Source of the DNA: Pseudomonadota bacterium
GTDB taxonomy: Bacteria; Pseudomonadota; Gammaproteobacteria; UBA12402
Direction: 5' to 3'
DNA: 60,622 nt
Assembly: GCA_039190005.1 (NCBI GenBank)
Contig: JBCCYM010000004.1
Coordinates: forward strand, 1-60,622
A program made the translations under genes and the position numbers. The notes under the pieces were generated by a model. The model did no database searches and was not told the origin of the DNA. It was given only the letters and a program-made list of their open reading frames with translations. Below are positions 58,201-60,622 of the stretch, piece after piece (positions within the stretch are counted from its first letter, which is position 1; each line of letters begins with the position of its first letter).

Positions 58201-60231
58201 TTAGGATGACAATGTATCACTGTAGCGATTTAAAATAGTAAATGCTGCCACTCTATTAGAACCAGAAGCACCACCGACACCGACAACACCGGCACTGCTG
58301 GTCAGTGGCGACCAACTGCCATCCCATTTGGCAATATAATTGACGGTTTGACCACCCGCTGTAGTAAATAGACCACCAACATAAAGATTGTTCGCGCCAT
58401 CCACAATAAGTGCCAATACACCATCATTTGTGCCACTATCAAGTGCTGACCACTGGTTTGAGTGGTTTGGGTTATCTGCGGTACTCCACCGGGCAATATT
58501 ACTTGCCACACTCGTCCCGGCAGTGGTAAATAGACCACCGGCATAAACATATTGAGCACTATCAGCAGTAGTATTGTGATTGTAAGCGATAGCTAATGCA
58601 AAAATTTGAGCTCTTGGACCAGAAACTCCCTCACCAAGCGGTGACCAGCTTTTATTGGCAATATCCCACTGAGCAATATTACCGACATTTGACACAGGAG
58701 TGTTCGTCGTACCGGCGGTATCAAAGAATCCGCCGACATAGAGTTTATCCTGATTGACATCCGTCGCTAAGGCATATACTTCCCCTTGGGAGCCGCTTTG
58801 ACGGACACCATTGCCATCAATATCCCCCAGTGCTAACCAACTAGGGTTAGCCGTACCAATATCCCCCCATTGTGCAATACCATTCACTGCCACACCACCT
58901 GCCGTATTAAGATTATTAGCACCAACATAAAGCATCTTCCCCGAAGCATCTGTTGTTAATGCGCCAAGATTAGGAGACACATTCAAACCAGTACCCAAAG
59001 ACAACCAAGCACTGCCATTCCAACTAGCAATGCCATTAAAGCCACCACTAGGAACAGGAGGCCCCAGCAAATACACATCAGATGACCGGCTACTGGTAGC
59101 AATGGCCGGTGCAAATTTAAATTGCTCGCCCAAAACACTACTGTCAATATCTATCCAATTGCTGCCATCCCATTTCGCCACACCATTGACAGTTATACCA
59201 CCCACTTCGTCTAAGTTATCACCGCCTACATAAAGATCCCCCAAGGCATCTGAGGTGAGTGATAGAATCGAACCACCACCCCCAACCCCACTGCCCAAAG
59301 GCGACCAATTGCTGCCATCCCAACTGGCAATCCGATTGACAGTCACCCCACCTGCCGTGGTAAAATTTCCACCCGCATAGAGAATAGGCGTGTTTTTAAT
59401 GGGAATACGGGTGGGGTTGCCGAAAGAACCGACGACATTGAGATAGGTATCGACAGGGACACCAATGGCGGTGCCGGTGGCCTGTGTGGCGCGGATATAG
59501 AGCCGACAACTGGCGCCGGAAGCCAGTTGACGCCAACTACCATGGCCTTGTGCATCAACCTTCCAACAATTGGTGACAGGCGAGGTAGTGGTATCCTCAC
59601 AGCCAGAGGCACACCAATTGCCATAGCGTGTGCCTTTGTAGATCTCAAAAGCTGCTGCGGGCGTTGCGGCGGTTGGATGCTGAGCGGCACTCGTACTGTC
59701 GCCGACAAAGACATTGTCAATGGCGACAGGTGGTGCGGAGGTATCGGTATTGACATTGGTAACGGTAATATCCTCCGCGCTGGGACCTTGATTGATGCCA
59801 TCCGTAGGATCAGTAAGCGTGAGTGCCAGAACACCTTTAACGGTTAAAGTTAAAAACGTAGGATCAAAGGCGACCAATGGGTTACTGGCAGAGAAAGTCA
59901 AGCGATGGGCGACGGGGTTTTCGCTGGAGTTGATGTGAATGGTTGAGATGGTACAAGTTTTACTGCCGGCGGGAATGGTACAGCTGGTTTGTTGCGAAGC
60001 TTGGAGAATGAGTGAGGGGGCACTAAAGGTGATGGTGGTATTTTGAGAGAGCGGTTGTTGAGCGGTAAAGGTAAGCGAGGTAGTGCCGCCTTGAAAGACA
60101 GAGGCAGATGATAGCGTTGGGTTGACGGTAATAAGGTTGGTTAAGTTAGACTGGCCACTACAGCCTTGAAAGAGGAGGAAAAGTGACACAAAAAGGAAGC
60201 CAGCGAGGGATTTTAGAGAAGCGTTGGTCAT
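58201..60231 (-). CDS. Large lipoprotein: Ig-like N-terminal module, Cys-containing domain, and Rax2-like GG-F-AG/W-G beta-propeller
   Basis: Lipobox FQGC-S; repeats LYAGGNFTTAGGVTVNRIASWDGSNWSPLGSGV, LYVGGFFDTAG, LYVGGLFTTAGG..IAKWDGSW. Confidence 0.75.
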   Translation of the reverse strand: MTNASLKSLAGFLFVSLFLLFQGCSGQSNLTNLITVNPTLSSASVFQGGTTSLTFTAQQPLSQNTTITFSAPSLILQASQQTSCTIPAGSKTCTISTIHINSSENPVAHRLTFSASNPLVAFDPTFLTLTVKGVLALTLTDPTDGINQGPSAEDITVTNVNTDTSAPPVAIDNVFVGDSTSAAQHPTAATPAAAFEIYKGTRYGNWCASGCEDTTTSPVTNCWKVDAQGHGSWRQLASGASCRLYIRATQATGTAIGVPVDTYLNVVGSFGNPTRIPIKNTPILYAGGNFTTAGGVTVNRIASWDGSNWSPLGSGVGGGGSILSLTSDALGDLYVGGDNLDEVGGITVNGVAKWDGSNWIDIDSSVLGEQFKFAPAIATSSRSSDVYLLGPPVPSGGFNGIASWNGSAWLSLGTGLNVSPNLGALTTDASGKMLYVGANNLNTAGGVAVNGIAQWGDIGTANPSWLALGDIDGNGVRQSGSQGEVYALATDVNQDKLYVGGFFDTAGTTNTPVSNVGNIAQWDIANKSWSPLGEGVSGPRAQIFALAIAYNHNTTADSAQYVYAGGLFTTAGTSVASNIARWSTADNPNHSNQWSALDSGTNDGVLALIVDGANNLYVGGLFTTAGGQTVNYIAKWDGSWSPLTSSAGVVGVGGASGSNRVAAFTILNRYSDTLSS

Positions 60232-60622
60232 GATAAAGTCTCGATAGTTGAAGTTAAGAAGTTAAAGGGTAAGGCAAAGGTGCCGGGAAAAGGTTGGGCC
60301 CCGGCGTTACGGATAAGTGATGGTATAGAGGCCATCGGATAGAAGCGTTGTAAAAAGATAAAGTGGGCGACTGTGGGCGTTAAGCGTAATAAGGGTAATA
60401 ACTTATCATTGTATAGCTGTATAGCTATATTTGGGAAGCTACTACACGGCATTAGAGGTTTACGATGAACAACCTATCATCTTCGATGCGCTTCGGGGAG
60501 CAGTACGTTCATTGTATTCAATAGGACTTCTAAGCTTAATACTCCTTATAGTTGTTCACCTGCACGAAACATTTGGCCGCAACGGTACAATACACAGGAA
60601 GTGGGGATTGGCAGGGTTTAGC

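Noticed and set aside
57557-58209. Track ORFs 57557-57778, 57563-57832, 57648-57848, 57910-58095 and 57955-58209
   Set aside because: They are translations of the repeats (RQAQG, PFDKLR, PELVEG, LSLSK); stop-poor repeat DNA creates open frames.
4554-59847. Many short ORFs antisense or out-of-frame within nrdAB, mevalonate genes, sucABCD, tldD/pmbA and the lipoproteins
   Set aside because: Shadow frames of well-supported genes with no recognisable motifs.
60228-60622. Track ORF 60228-60452 and an open plus-strand frame from ~60430 to the window end
   Set aside because: No recognisable homology or convincing RBS; truncated by the edge; a weak IS3-like SPIEY word on the minus strand is too short to support a call.

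Overview
Chromosomal segment of a moderately AT-rich gammaproteobacterium, most likely Coxiella/Legionella-related (Legionellales-like). That placement is inferred from the mevalonate pathway, RpoS, FabV, a diverged CsrA and a YveA-like permease. The backbone is housekeeping: metQ, nrdAB, dnaX-ybaB-recR, the SRP RNA ffs, surE-rpoS, ftsB, xseA, sucABCD, fabV, tldD-pmbA, ppa, yciO/yciB/bolA, yccA, sohB, DsbD-like plus redoxin, an ABC importer, and rhodanese-grxC-secB-gpsA. Most notable: (1) a complete translationally coupled mevalonate operon with an HMG-CoA synthase-mevalonate kinase fusion, lying between ftsB and surE where enterobacteria keep the MEP genes ispD-ispF; (2) a three-layer nested family of small palindromic repeats at about 15 loci, one of which supplies the C-terminus of XseA; (3) two large lipoproteins with a shared N-terminal Ig-like module but unrelated beta-propeller heads; (4) an E. 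coli-like -1 frameshift cassette in dnaX; (5) an ABC-F protein resembling antibiotic-resistance ribosome-protection (ARE) factors, with an attenuator-like leader; (6) a secreted-protein gene shifted out of frame by a poly-A tract; (7) scattered toxin-antitoxin genes and IS relics. No CRISPR array, tRNA, rRNA or intact transposase was found. All calls come from motif recognition without database searches.
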